Assembly: GCA_973895155.1 (NCBI GenBank)
Contig: OZ316891.1
Coordinates: forward strand, 9,363,875 to 9,427,874
Direction: 5' to 3'
Origin: Marsupella aquatica
Taxonomy: Eukaryota > Plantae > Marchantiophyta
DNA length: 64,000 bases
Shown here: positions 1 through 12,810 of the stretch, piece after piece
Position numbering within the stretch: the first letter of the stretch is position 1
Layout: each line of letters starts with the position of its first letter
Made by a program: the position numbers and the translations under genes
Notes under the pieces: generated by a model
Database searches by the model: none
Told to the model about the DNA's origin: nothing
What the model saw: the letters and a program-made list of their open reading frames with translations, nothing else

Positions 1-110
1 TCAAGCCACCCTCTGCGCGCCTCTGCCTCTTTCACTGCAACATCAGTAACCTTGAACCAATCACATTGCAACCCCTACATTTGACTTTCACCATAAGCAT
101 TTCCCTTGCT

Positions 111-2003
111 CTAATTGCTGGCTTCACTCCCCCTGGCCCTGACTGAGTCCGGTCGACACTTTGGCAGCCCGCGTCTCACCCTGTTGCAGCAGCATAGTTG
201 AAATATGACATACAGGGCATATTGAAGGCAGTGTGTCCTTATTGGCACTTTTTTTGCCAAAAGAGCAACTGGCGAGAGAGGCTGGGAATAATTTGTTAGC
301 AATTTAGGGAATGATTCACCAGTGTAGCAAGTCAGGAGAGCTGTCTTTGCTAGTATTGAACAGTCAAAATAGGACCACACAGAATCTAACAGCCTAGAAT
401 TGAGAATAGAATAAGTAGCACTCAAGCAGCCAACTTATAAGAAGGGAAAGTCCTTCTAGTCGTCATTCTTGCGACTCCCAGGAGTAAAAACAATCCCCTG
501 ACCGGAGGAGGAGGGTCAGTGTACCAGAGCCTACCAGCTTCCTACCAGGTGTACCTGAGGACTAGGGTTAGCAAACAGAGCATACTGGAGGGGGGGAGGG
601 TGACCTCAGTGTACCAAGCATTGGCAACATTCCATTGAGCCTCTGTGATCAGATTGCAATTTGACCCTAGACCTACAGCAATATCTTTGGTACCCAATAA
701 GTTAAACTAGTAATGCTGTATTGAAGCAGACATCCTTTAATATCTCCAACTCATGAAGAACTTATAGAAGTCACTAAGCTGTAAAGGAATGAAGCTGCTA
801 ATTATTGTACCTGGCCTAGATCACTGTCAGTGTGTTGTAAAATGCAATAGAAGATACTATGAGAATTATTGATACATTTGTGACAGCGTGCATGGCCATT
901 TGCATCAGCATGTAAGTTTCATTCTATTTCTCTATATATATGATGACACATTGTGCACAGTCCAATTTCAGAAAATGTACGCAATATCTCATAACTTATT
1001 TCCCAGCAATATTGACAGATGGAGTATAAACCCTATAGGATTCCAAGCAAAATATGATGATGTCCTGAATCTAAGTTGAATGAGTCTAGAAGAATGTTTT
1101 CAATCCTAACAAAAATTGTTTTTACTGTAAGGGTAAAGTGGTAGTCCTCTAGAACTGGAGTTTACCTAGACAATAGAAATCTAAATCACTGCAACAAAGG
1201 ATCTTGCTCTTTTGCCACTCATGGTCTCCTTAAAAATGACATTTGCACTTGAACAAACCCAGGCCATTAGATTCCCCTACCCATTTTCCCGGAGATTTGA
1301 AAAAATGGCCTCTCTTGCCTCCTCTATGAGCCCACATGGTCATCCGCCTGGCCTGTCATAAAAAATACCTTGCAGGTTGGACTCACGTGTTCCAAGAAAT
1401 TGTCCTGCACACCACCCAAGACATCACCCCGATCCAACTTTCTTCTCATTATTTTCTATTTCAACACACTTTTGCTTTGGCCATTGCCTTGACAGTACTT
1501 TCTCCAACTACAACTGTGCAACCTACAACCCACACGCATTGAGGAAAAGAGGGGCCTTCTCCCTCTGGGTCTCCATCTTTTCCTCCCCTTCATTGGGTTG
1601 CTTGCCTTTGGATCATGTCTCCCGGTTCAACATTTTTTGCCCTTGGGCACTGTAATATATACATTGAACTAGTAAGTAATAATTTTCATCACAATTTAGT
1701 ATTAAATTCAAAGGATCATTTCAACCAAAACAAAGGTAGTTGTACTTCACTGGCATCATGCTCTGAACGCCACTGCAAGAATCTGGTGCTGCCCATCACC
1801 TTCAAAGTCAATACCATATAACGAGGCCCATGACCAAATAGCCCTTCGATAACAAGAAAACCACAAAAATCTTTCACCCTTCCCTGTCTCTCCTCGGCTA
1901 CAGTGCAAAGTCCTTCACCTTTCCTCACTGTCATGCCCCATATGTTTCTTATATATTTTCGAATCTGGCCATAAGCTTTTGGCCTACCAAACCCCTGATC
2001 CAC
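111..2003 (-). mobile_element. Highly degenerate LINE ORF1-like remnants (tentative)
   Basis: Broken minus-strand frames (111-425, 1716-2003) with weak resemblance to plant LINE ORF1 (e.g. RFLQWRSEHDASEVQLPLFWLK vs the W-x-P-x-F...P-V-W-V-x-L pattern). No intact domain and no defined ends. Confidence 0.2.
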
Positions 2004-3749
2004 ACCCTATGCAACATTAGAGACGAACCTCAAGATGGAGGCTAATTAATGAGATTAACATTGATTAGCCCCGTACCTGGGTGCCCCACTGCCCAGTATT
2101 CCTGACGTCAGTATAAGGATAAATACTTGGAGTGAGTCAACCTGGACACCAGCTGCCCCTAGGCTGGGTGGTAGAGGAGCTCACTGGGCTAAGGCAGGTC
2201 CCCGGTTACAATCCTGCTAGTGATGTAGTGTTGCTTTTGTCATTCACCCCACCCAGAAGTGGGGATCATTCACGCTCTAATTACACTTAGAAAACTGTAA
2301 CTATGAAGAAGAGACGGGCAACTACGAAGAAGAGATGGGCGGCGAAACAGTCTTTCGTTGTGAATTATGCAACCAGGACCCAATGCTATGACTCACTTTG
2401 TTGGAGCCCATTAACCATTCTGGATGGGCGTTCTTGAGAAACTCATTTACTGTTGCCCATTGGGTCCTGCCATTCAATGCTCACCATTATTGTAATCTGA
2501 AGACAAGGAGGTATGTCTTCACAATTCCGAATGCTACCTTTGGTGCCTGGATCCACCTAAGTGCTTTGCTCGACATGTGTGTTCCCAGCACCTAGCCTAG
2601 CACCCAGCTGTAGTAGTCTTCACCGTTGCAAGTGAGGTTCCAAATACAAGCTTCATGAGCCAGCCAGTTTTGAACAAAATGAGGTTCACCAAAATCCTTT
2701 GCACACACAAAAGACTTGACACGTAATTTCGTTAAGCCAAGCCATGACTCCTGGGGTCAAACCTTCACCTCTTCCAGGTGGGACAATCATGGAGCTAGCC
2801 ACTCAACCAGATCCTGCCTGCGGCTGGGCAACTTGCTGTTCTAGTATCATTCTGTTGAGATTGACTTTCTGGAAAGGAAATTTCAAAACGAAAGAGGAAT
2901 TCTTCGAAACCTTCGTTCATGAAGCCGTGGAAAGTTTGTACAGTAGTTCAATTACCGTAACATAGCTTTCCAAACAAGTGGAGAACTTCCCCAGTCTGCA
3001 GAAATTATAGGCATAGAGTTCACAAACAGAGATGTCTTTCTGCAAAAACTGTATAAGGTGTTGAATTCCTTGCCGAGTTTAATTAGGAGGTGCTGTGTGT
3101 TCCACCCATTGTGGTCTGGAATCTTGATTGCATTGTCTCTGGTCGGTTTGATTACTAGAGAGTAGAGTTTCATGACGATTAAAGGCGGATCATGATGTGT
3201 TGCCTAACGTCCTCTCCAGTCTGCAAAACTTGGAAGAGGATTTGCAGTCGACCCGAGAAGTGCGAATATCAACATACCTCTGGAGTTGATACCGAATTGA
3301 ATGTACTTAAATTGGCTGAAACGAAAGGTGGAAATCTATGTCTCTTCTCATCTTACTGGCTTTCGTTCTACCTGTGCAGGTAGTCCTCTCTCCCATGTGT
3401 AGAAGAACATACGGATGAGGATTCGGTGTTCAAAAGCTGGTATAGACTCCAGCAAGAATTACAAGGGACAAGGACGACCTCATCGTCAGTGTCAGCTCCC
3501 AGCTTCGCTGGAGACCCACCAAAACCTATAGAAACTGTTTACCGACTACACTTTCCTCTCTACTTTTCTTAACAAACAACTGCTACTGTAATTTCATTCT
3601 TCTGTTCTGTAGCATCTCGTAACTTCTGTGAATGCCTTCATTCTTCTACCTGAACTTGTGGACTCGAATGTTGTGTGGTTCTATGTTTTCTTGTTGTCCT
3701 TAACGACCAAATTCAGGTCTTTCATTAGTAACGAGAATCACACCTTGCT

Positions 3750-6180
3750 GCAGATTGATGACTACATTTATGAAGCTTCAAGCTACCAGAGCTTCCCTCG
3801 ATATTCTTCCACGGTCTACAGTTGGAGGGATCCAAGGAAACCAACCTCACGAGTTTGCTCACCTGATGGGTATGAGGTGTGGCTCAAGTGGATATTGGAC
3901 GACTGCTCAGAGGCTGGAATCCTCCTAGTGTTATACGATGCTTTCCTCGCTTGTTAAAATTTGGTACAAGATTTAACTGAGCATGACGGGTGCCGAGTTG
4001 TACTAGTGGGGCACTGCATTGGCCGGTTGGTGATGAAAGATTTGTGCATTGCACTGGCTTCAACCGTCGGCAAACTCCAGTCTTACAACCCTGAGAATGG
4101 TGCACAATCCCTTCCTCAACTTAAAAGGTTGTCCCTCCATGAATTTCCCAAGCTCGGGTCGAACTTGGCAGATGACAGCAAAGAGCAGTGAAAGGGATTA
4201 TTATTTGAATACTTGACTGCTCTCAACTAGCTGGCAGCAGGGCGAAATGATGCTTTTCGCAAGTTACGCCCGCAATACATCAAGTGGAAAACTAAGGGAA
4301 TTGCTGAAGGTCGTGAAACAAAGTTGGTAACTTATTATTGCCTGCGTCACCCATTGAAATTAAAAAAAAGGGATCATCTCTTAAAAGTTTTCGTCGTGTT
4401 TTGGCCTACTGCTACAGAAGTTATTCTGAGGGAAGGTGGGTAACTGCTAAAATTTGCTCCAATTGCAAATTTGTTTTACATCTATTATGATTAGCGAACC
4501 TAATCATTTAAATAAAATCTTTATTTCATTTCAAATAATGAAGTTCAATGATGCTTTCCTACTGTTACAAATCCTAGGCTGGGCCACCTCGGACTTGCAC
4601 TTTGTATCCGAGTTGAGCATTTGTTTGGTACATATATCTTTCACTGGGAAAAACAACTGTCTTAATCGTTCCAGAGGCATCAGCACGGGATGAGGTGGAT
4701 GGATTTTACACTGATCCTAAAGCAGACCATTTTACTATTTGTCGACATGCGTCCAAGATATCATTCAGCTTTCAAAGGTTGCTCGAGTTCATTGCTGAAG
4801 TGTTAAGCCAGGCAACCACGTTCAAACTATGTCCCTCGTTATGCGTATTTAGTTACGATAAAGAAACTTAAGTAGTTTATTGCACCAACTTTATTGTATC
4901 CCAAGAAGGCGTTGCTTGCATATCACTAATCATATGATCTGGTCACTGATTGAAGGTAGATAAGGTTCACAGAACACACTCAAGAAAATGCCATAAAGGG
5001 CCTTCTGTTACAATTGTTTACTTTTTTAGGACTTAAGTTCTCTGCTGGTTATGTTGAAAAATATTGCTTATGTACACAGGTGGTGGTTCAAGTGTGTGTG
5101 AACTGAACAGCTGACATCTAAGTTGAGTAAATTAGATTCTAGTTTTTCCAAAGAGGGCAGAGATCTTGGCGTGCCCAACTTCGATCACAATTCAATGGCA
5201 GGGTAAGGAACGCCAAAGCCCCAAGACTGATATTCCAGCTGAAGTTGTTGGTCTCCAAGGTCAAGTCAGGACTGTCACACAGACAATTGAAGGAGTGCAA
5301 CGCCTAGGACTGGTTGGAATGCCTGCGATTGGAATTTGGCAAATGGAGTGTTGTGCACCATTCAGAGTAAGTTTCAGTACGCATGCTACGTAACCGATGT
5401 GAAGCAAATCATCTCAAACCTGAAAGATCCGAGTTTCCTTCAAGCAGAAATAAGAAGGCTGCCTTACAAGGGATAAAACATGCATCAATCGTTCAGATGA
5501 GACTGGCTGAATAGGAAGAAGGTTCTACTTAGATTGGATGACGTGGATCGTGTGACATGTTCCAAAAACTATTGATTCTGGTGTCTTGCCTGGGAGCCAT
5601 GTTATTGTCACATCACGGGACAGGGGATTCCGCCAGAAAGGATTTCAGTTCCACCTAGTGAAAGTGCTTGACCCTAAGGACTCCAAAAGACTTTTCTATG
5701 ACTGCTTTCCAAAATGAGGATTTACGAAGTTGCTACGAAGACGTTGCAGAAAAATTATACAGAAATGTGTGGGTTTGCCCCTAGCCCTAGTAGTTGCGGG
5801 CGGATACTTGTATGGGAAAGCAGATGTAGAGGTGTGGGATGACGCACTGAAGAGATTCAGGCAAACGCAGATTGCAGATGGGACCAAGAAAGACGGGCTG
5901 AGGCCAGTCATGATGACGAGTTATGAGTCGCTATCTCCTCAAGAGAAACAAATGTTTCTAGATTTCCCACTTGTTTTATGAGATGGATTAGGAACCGGTG
6001 AAACGAGCTTGGGAACAGTGTGGGTGGGCAGCTTCAATGACGCTTGGGTTGAAGAACTTAGAACGGAAAGGCTTGGTAACCATTGAGACGGTAAAACTAC
6101 ATGCATTAGTATACTCAACACGACATGCCAATCAACCCAAAAGAAATTGTTCGAATGCATGAGGTACTAGGCGATCAGGT
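3750..6180 (+). pseudogene. Alpha/beta-hydrolase-NB-ARC (HNL-type) NLR pseudogene
   Basis: Ordered fragments in shifting frames. Hydrolase: VWLKWILDDCSEAGILLVLYDA and RVVLVGHCIGRLVMKDLC (~3880-4050). NB-ARC: degenerate P-loop LGLVGMPAIG (~5300-5335), kinase-2 KKVLLRLDDV (~5515-5545), RNBS-B GSHVIVTSRD (~5592-5620), GLPL KCVGLPLALVVAGGYL (~5763-5810), RNBS-D SYESLSPQEKQMFLD (~5918-5963), MHD-like IVRMHEVL (~6146-6170). Many stops and frameshifts; no LRR seen downstream. Coding-like debris extends back to ~2744. Confidence 0.8.
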
Positions 6181-7661
6181 CTGTGAGTGTGTTTAATTGC
6201 AGTGACGACGAAAAATATTACAAAACCCAGCAGTGATTCTTTCATTCCAGAATCTTGATGTCAGAAATTTTTGGGGCCAAGCAAGATTGTACTCAGATTT
6301 TGGTGAGATTCTTAAATTCCCGAGGGGAGTCAAAAACAATCACGCGAAATAATCATAAGTTGTTGGTAACAATCAGGAAAGTAAACGAAAACAATCTTAT
6401 TCGGTTTCAATTTCAGCACCGACTTTAATCATCCTTGTATTTTCTTGCAGAGTGTCTTCTTGGTTTCCGTTGTGGTCATAGGCTTTTGATCGAGCTATGT
6501 AGTAGGGAGGAGGAATATGATTTTTTTGTTGACGGTCCTTAACTTCCCGAAACACATCAGGATCATGGATGAATTTGGAACCCGACCCCGATTGGAATGT
6601 TTTGCTGATCCGAAGATTTGAGCTCGATGTGACAATATGAGGGAAGAGGAGTACACCATTTTTGCTGATGTTTTGTGTTCAAATTGGGACAACTGTGCAA
6701 GAGTGTGGCCAGAGGTGACCTTAGTGAAGTCCTGGCAGTGCGATTGTCAGGGATTTAGTGTAGGCCTTCCCACAATTCGAAAACTCTGTTCACTTATGGT
6801 CATCCCACGAGATCTACTGTGTCTGGCTCAGCGAAAAAGCTAGAACCTCTGTCCCACGTTAAATCTCTCCTTCTCATCTTTCAAGTCCCACTTTAAATGT
6901 CCAAGATCGATGCAATTTTTGATCTATTCAATTTGGTGGATGTACAACCCCTGTCCACAACAGAAGAATCATGAACTTGAGCACAGATTTTGGCCCTTAA
7001 CAAAAGAAAACTATTCCACGATAAAAGCCAATATGACAAAATTGAACGTCACATATTAGTGACACCTGCAAAGTTAAAAGGCATGATGGAGAGTATTATC
7101 TAAGACTGTAGGACTGCAGAATAAAATCTCGGAGGACAGCTTTTTCTTGTAATTTTCTTGTGGGGGTACTCGTTGGCAGTTAATGGGCGTGGACAAGGGG
7201 TTGCTGATGGACACCTTTCTTATTGGCATAATTATGGGTATAATTCTTGCCATTAAAGGGCGAATGTAAAACAGGGAATGTACCTCTGCAGGCAGTTCAA
7301 ATGAGTGGTACAGAATACCATATAGTACGAGACGTACGTATTCATTAAGGATACTGTCACCGTACAATACATCAGGAATTGCACGTTCATCAAAATAATG
7401 CTGTTGCAATCATCCTTGTGGGGCTTTTCAAGCCACTCAGGTTTATCTCGAGAAAATGTAAAGTGCACCACATTAGCATGTCAGTTCTGCCAAACTCTCT
7501 TGATGACATAAAACCATTGGTACCGTTTTAAATTGGCTTAGCAGCTTGTACAGCAGCATATAATGTGAGGAGACGTGTCACGAGACAATTAAGGAATACA
7601 CAAAGGTTCCAATCCTGCTTTAGATTCATGTAAACCTAAGTAAATGTGTAATTATAAATAA

Positions 7662-7695
7662 ACTAGGCCAAATGCCCACACGTTGCAAGTGTTGT
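7662..7695 (-). mobile_element. Helitron 3'-terminus-like signature
   Basis: Minus strand reads CACTTGCAACGTGTGGGCATTTGGC-CTAG-T, resembling the plant Helitron 3' end (GTTGCAACG hairpin, short spacer, CTAG, host T). The hairpin is imperfect and no 5' end was located. Confidence 0.4.
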
Positions 7696-10600
7696 CCCTA
7701 GCAACCAATAAGTGTATTAGTTCTCAAGAGTAAGTCAGAAGGCCAGGCAATCGGACCCACAAGTTAACCTTAACAAATGGATCTCAAGGAGTGTGCAAGT
7801 TGGGAGAGAGTATCTGGTAGAGCTGTGCACAATGGTTCCTTTAGGTCCATCTCTTGGTTAGTGAAACATCACCATAATCCAATAACTAGAAGTCTTCCAG
7901 CCAAAATGATATTTTCTAAAAAGACCATGAGAAAGAAAAAAAAAAGGGAATTGCACGTTACAATGTTTAGATGTAGTTAGATGTAAATTTCACAGTAACC
8001 ATGTTAAATTACATGTACACAAAATTAAGTTTCTAAGTTGCACTTTCCTAAATTAGCATTCACATTGAAATGAGAAAGGTCATAGCTGGTCCCAACTTTG
8101 GTGCAAATATCCAACAATCATCATCAAGTCCCCAAGACCCATCACTAAAGTGACCCTCCCAGCATGCCAAAATTTGAGCATTCACCGCCAAACTTGGACT
8201 CAAGAGGCAGGCAAGGGAGGCAAGGGTTGACTGCCCCAACACTGGGTGTCACCAAAGTGTTTGGTGCAAGGAAAGCACCATCCACCTAATTTAGTATGCT
8301 ACAATGGATAATGTGATCACCCATGGTACCGTCATGCGAAGATAAATGTTGTCTACAACAATCAGTGAGAGGGGACATTTTCTTCAAATGTAAGATGTCC
8401 TAAGGAAAATTGTACTTGTGTAGGAGTTCTGTGACTGCTTGAGATTTTGTTACGACTGCCAAGTGTTTTGGCTTAGATGTTTGGGGGCTCTCTCAGCTTC
8501 CCACTCAGCTTTAGTGGCAGCTGCCTGGTTTGACTGTTTTTCGCTTCTGGCGGTTGCCCCTCCGTTCTTAGTACTTGCAACTTTTTTTTGGTAATAAATT
8601 GATGGGTTTTCCCCTGTTCAAGACTCTTGGCAAGTGATGCAGCCTGTTTTCTCGGGCAGGGTTTCCTTCTTACTTTTTAAAGAGGAAATTGCACGTGAGG
8701 AAGCCAAACCATATTCTTGTCTTTTCTTGGTTAGTAAAGCATGAACTCCATGACATTACTCAAGCTTTGCGTATTATTAAGTCAGCCTTAAGTTTAAACC
8801 AATCGATGATTTTTTCAACTCTATAAATTTTACCCTCACCCTTCTTTTCTGCCCACACTACATTTAATGGCGGGCTTCAGGTTTCAGTCGAATCCTCATT
8901 CCTGCTGCCGGGTTCACTTACCGAATATTGTACTCCTGGTAGATTCTACCTAGCAGAGAGAATCCACATGCATTATAGTGTGCTTAATACTCTCCAATTC
9001 TGCATGCTGGTGCACAATTTAAAAAGTTGACGGCTGAATAGTCCCACGAGTGTCCCCAAAGATTGGACAAACTCCAGTACTCTTCTGTCTTCGGAAATTC
9101 TTGGGCATTGAGGGAGTCTCTTCTGGCATGAATTGTTGTAGCTATGCTCCTGCTGCTGCATTCAAGTGCCCCTGACTTGTCATTTTGTTCATCTCACATA
9201 TCATGACAAACTGTAAATCTGTGGCATACGAAACCACCAGAAGGCTATCTATCGCTTCCTAGGTCACCATGGCAGCAAGCCTGAAGACTGTCTGTCGATT
9301 GGGGTGGGCCAAATGTGCACTGAGGTCACACATAGTCCTCTTAGAAGGATGGTTGTGGATTGCGATAGCCCAGACTCAGGTTACATAATTACATAGAAAT
9401 TCTACTCGAGTTACGTTGGCCTATTGTAGAATAGGTTGTTTATATTTAGATTTCATTCTAGCCACATCTGATACTTGTACTTACATCTCTAAAATGGAAC
9501 CTAGTCCAGCATTCACCTCCTCGTCCCTCGTTGAGTCACGGTGTTGCATAAAATCAAACATGTACTGTACAAGTGTCCTGAAAAGCTTTAAAGCATCCAT
9601 AATTGTGCATGGATTAATTGTATTTTTCTGTAAGTATGAAAGAGAATAAGCAGTGAGATTTGTCCTCTAGTTGTCTTCCGGTAAATATAGTAAAGTTTTT
9701 GTCTTCAAGTGTGATAACAGGACAAAAAAAACAGAAATAATAGGATTTTTCAAGGATTAAAATCTAATAAGTCCTTGTTTCCAGCCCCTGTGTCCAAGGC
9801 ATTGTGGGTTATAATATTCACTGAAAACTTAGGCTAAAGCCCTCCTTTTGGGATGACATTCTTATAGCACTTGCAACATAGAGTGGGGGGACATTCTCAC
9901 AAACAATGCACTTGAACATGTAGATACTATGTATATTAACTCCTTTTGTTATCTTCATCTTTGTGATTTTTGCTGCTTTATGGAGAAAGCATGCACAGTC
10001 CAGCAGATCAATGACATATGCAACGGTTTGCTCTATTATTACCGAAAAGATTCACCAAAATAATAACAAGATACAAAAAATTCTTCTACTTTGGTAAGTG
10101 TATAACCCTTACAACTCAACTAAAACGCTCAATTTTCCGGGGCGTTACGGTTCTTTTTTATATACAAACTATTTGATCGTCAACCTTCCTCAGTTCAGTC
10201 AAACTAACAATAAAACCCTAAACCCCTACTACAGATACTATTTTATCGTCTGGTTTACTCCGTCCAGTCAAACTAATAATCAAACCCTAAACCCTCCAGT
10301 ACCACGGTTGATTAGGAATTTAGGATCAGTCACCATCCCTCAATATCACGGCCGCACGGTAATTCAAATTGGTGTTCATCGCCGCCAAAACCATCGTATC
10401 ACAGGGAGCCACGTCTCCAGTTCGGATGCCCATCCTGTCGCATTCCCCTCCCCCCCCCCCTAATGTACCGCTGTACTACAAAAAAGACTCCGGGGCCGAC
10501 TGATGGACAAGGACGTGACAATTCGCAGTGGCCAGGGATCGAACCCGTGACTGTCGCCTTTCTCCCGTCCCTCCGTGGCTCCGTGCTTTCTTTGTTATTA

Positions 10601-10930
10601 TTACTACTCCTGCTCCAATTGGATTATTGGAGCGGGATTTTCTCTCCATTATGGCGAGGCCGACTGCTATTAATGGTGGACGAGCCTCTCGCTAGACTCG
10701 CTGGCTACAACCCGGCTAAAGTGGTACTGCCCTACACTGTAGTTCTTCGCAATACTCACCGCCGGTTTGGTATCAGGTAACGCTTGGAGTGTGGGGCTGT
10801 GGGCTATACTGTCCGTAAAGATGAAAAGAGCGAGGGGGCTTTGACCCGAATTTTGAGGAGTGATGATAACCCATAATCAATAGTAACAAGGACGTAATAT
10901 ATTAAACGTATCCTTATATTCATGTTTATC

Positions 10931-11500
10931 GTGAATCCACCTTTCAGATTTTGTCTTATTCAAATTTTTCTTGTTATATATTTTTATTTTAATGTGTCTT
11001 ATCAATGAACGTCTGTGTATCATATACAGTTTTAAATAATTTATGGATCCTTCATGTCATATATTTTTATTTCAATGTGCCTTATCAAGGAGCGCCTGTG
11101 TATCATATACATTTATAATGAATTTATGGACCCCTCTAATTTTTTGTATCTAAAGTATTTTGAACATATTTGGGAGCCCCCTTATAAATTTTAATGTTTA
11201 TGATTTATTAGAGATGAAATGAACTCCACCACTTGAACATTGTCATGAATGAAATAAATGATTCTGATTGTGTCTTAAGTTCTCTTCATGTCTTTCTTTC
11301 CTAAGTTTATGTTTTTTATTGAAATGAGTGTCATTCATGAGGACATTACATTAAGTGCACACATAGTAGCATCCTTGATTGTACTTTTCATTGGTCACTG
11401 TGCACCAATCCTTCTAGTTATGTTTTCATATTTTATTTACTTTCAAATCACTACAAGACAAAAACTCCAGGCATGTTCTAGAATGAGCATGCTATATCAT
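10931..11500. repeat. Dispersed AT-rich repeat, copy 1 (probable non-autonomous TE fragment)
   Basis: Colinear with 27235-27835: both begin GTGAATCCACCTTTCAGATTTTGTCT and share GGACCCCTCT, AGTATTTTGAA, TTAAGTTCyCTTCATG and ATCACTAsAAGACAAAAA...CATGCTATAT blocks. Confidence 0.7.
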
Positions 11501-12334
11501 GTTTTCTGAGAGAGTTACAGGATGCCAAGATGGGGACCCCTAAATTGAGAAGTGCTACTTAATGGACCCTATGAGGCCCCATGAGATTTTATAGAACCGT
11601 TGATTAAGGTCTATCAAGGGTATCACTCATGGGGTCCATCAAGTAAAGATTTTCATTTTGGGGGTAAAGATTTCTAGAAACTTTTTGAAAGTGAGATGGC
11701 CCGAAACTTGCAACCTCATTGCGTATGTGTTGACCCAGTACTCTTTGTCATTGTACAATAGTTCTCAGCCGTGCATCTCAACCCAGGTCAAATTTAGAAA
11801 AGCAATCCAAACTTTTAAAACTTTGGCAAGACTTTTGGACAGTCTTGATCAAATGAAAACTTTGAGTGCCCAATCTTCTTTCTTGTGCGTCTTTTGACAC
11901 AAAGATGCATGAGTTATCTCTAGTTAAGGTAATTTACCAACAACAAAAATTTTCTAGTTTTACTATTTCTGATTCCTGTTTGAAAACAAACCCAAATTTC
12001 ATGGAACGTTCAAATTTTACTTTCTTGGGAATAGCTTGTGATGACCACATTAAGAGTTTTTTGTGAACTCTAGGGGTGAAAACCGCTGTTTGGGCCCAAT
12101 GCTAATTTATTGTAAAGTCTTTGCACAGGAGTAAAGTGCACTTTGCTCCTGCAGCCCTTTATTGAGCTTTCCAACGAGAAACTTAATCATGCACTTGCCT
12201 GGCCCTCCCTTGCAAGTGCGGAGTCCCTCACAAAACTGAAGGTGCCTAGAACTCAGTGACCCCACCAGCAGCCAGAATGAGTTTCACCTCCAATCTCACC
12301 CTGTTTGCCTTTTACGGTGCCAGACGAGAATTAG

Positions 12335-12810
12335 GACTATTATCTTCACTTTTAGGCGGAACAGTCAAGGACGGAAGACTTTACTCTCTTTCATAAGTTT
12401 CCAAGTTAGATTAAATGCCCTTGCAGAGCCTTCAATGGGTATTCTCTTCCATAAATTACAGAAAAATAGACCTTCACTTTTAGGCAGAACCTACAGTAAA
12501 CTTGATTCTCTTCCATAATATAATTTTCATGCAAGTTTCCAATGATGCCCCTCACTTTTAGGCAGAACCTACAGCAAACATGATTCTCTTCCATAACATA
12601 AAATTCATGCGAGATTCTATTGATGCCTTTGCAGAGCCTCTATGGCTATTGTCTTCGGTGAATTACACAAAAAGATACCTTGCAGAACTGACAGAGATCT
12701 TTATTCTCTTCCATAAATTTCATGCAAGTTTAGATTAAATGCCCTTGCATAGCCTCTGTGGGTATTTTCTTCCACAAATTACAGAAACATAGAAAGCCAT
12801 CTGCAAGTGA
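12335..12810. repeat. Degenerate local repeats
   Basis: Recurring blocks TCACTTTTAGGCrGAAC (x3), TTCTCTTCCATAA (x4) and TTAGATTAAATGCCCTTGCA (x2). Confidence 0.6.

Noticed and set aside
10213-10295. AAACCCTAAACCC telomere-like words (also ~24345)
   Set aside because: Only one or two units each; not an interstitial telomere array and no function can be supported.
10525-10555. GGTTCGATCCC B-box on the minus strand suggesting a tRNA or SINE
   Set aside because: No A-box at the right distance and no cloverleaf could be folded.
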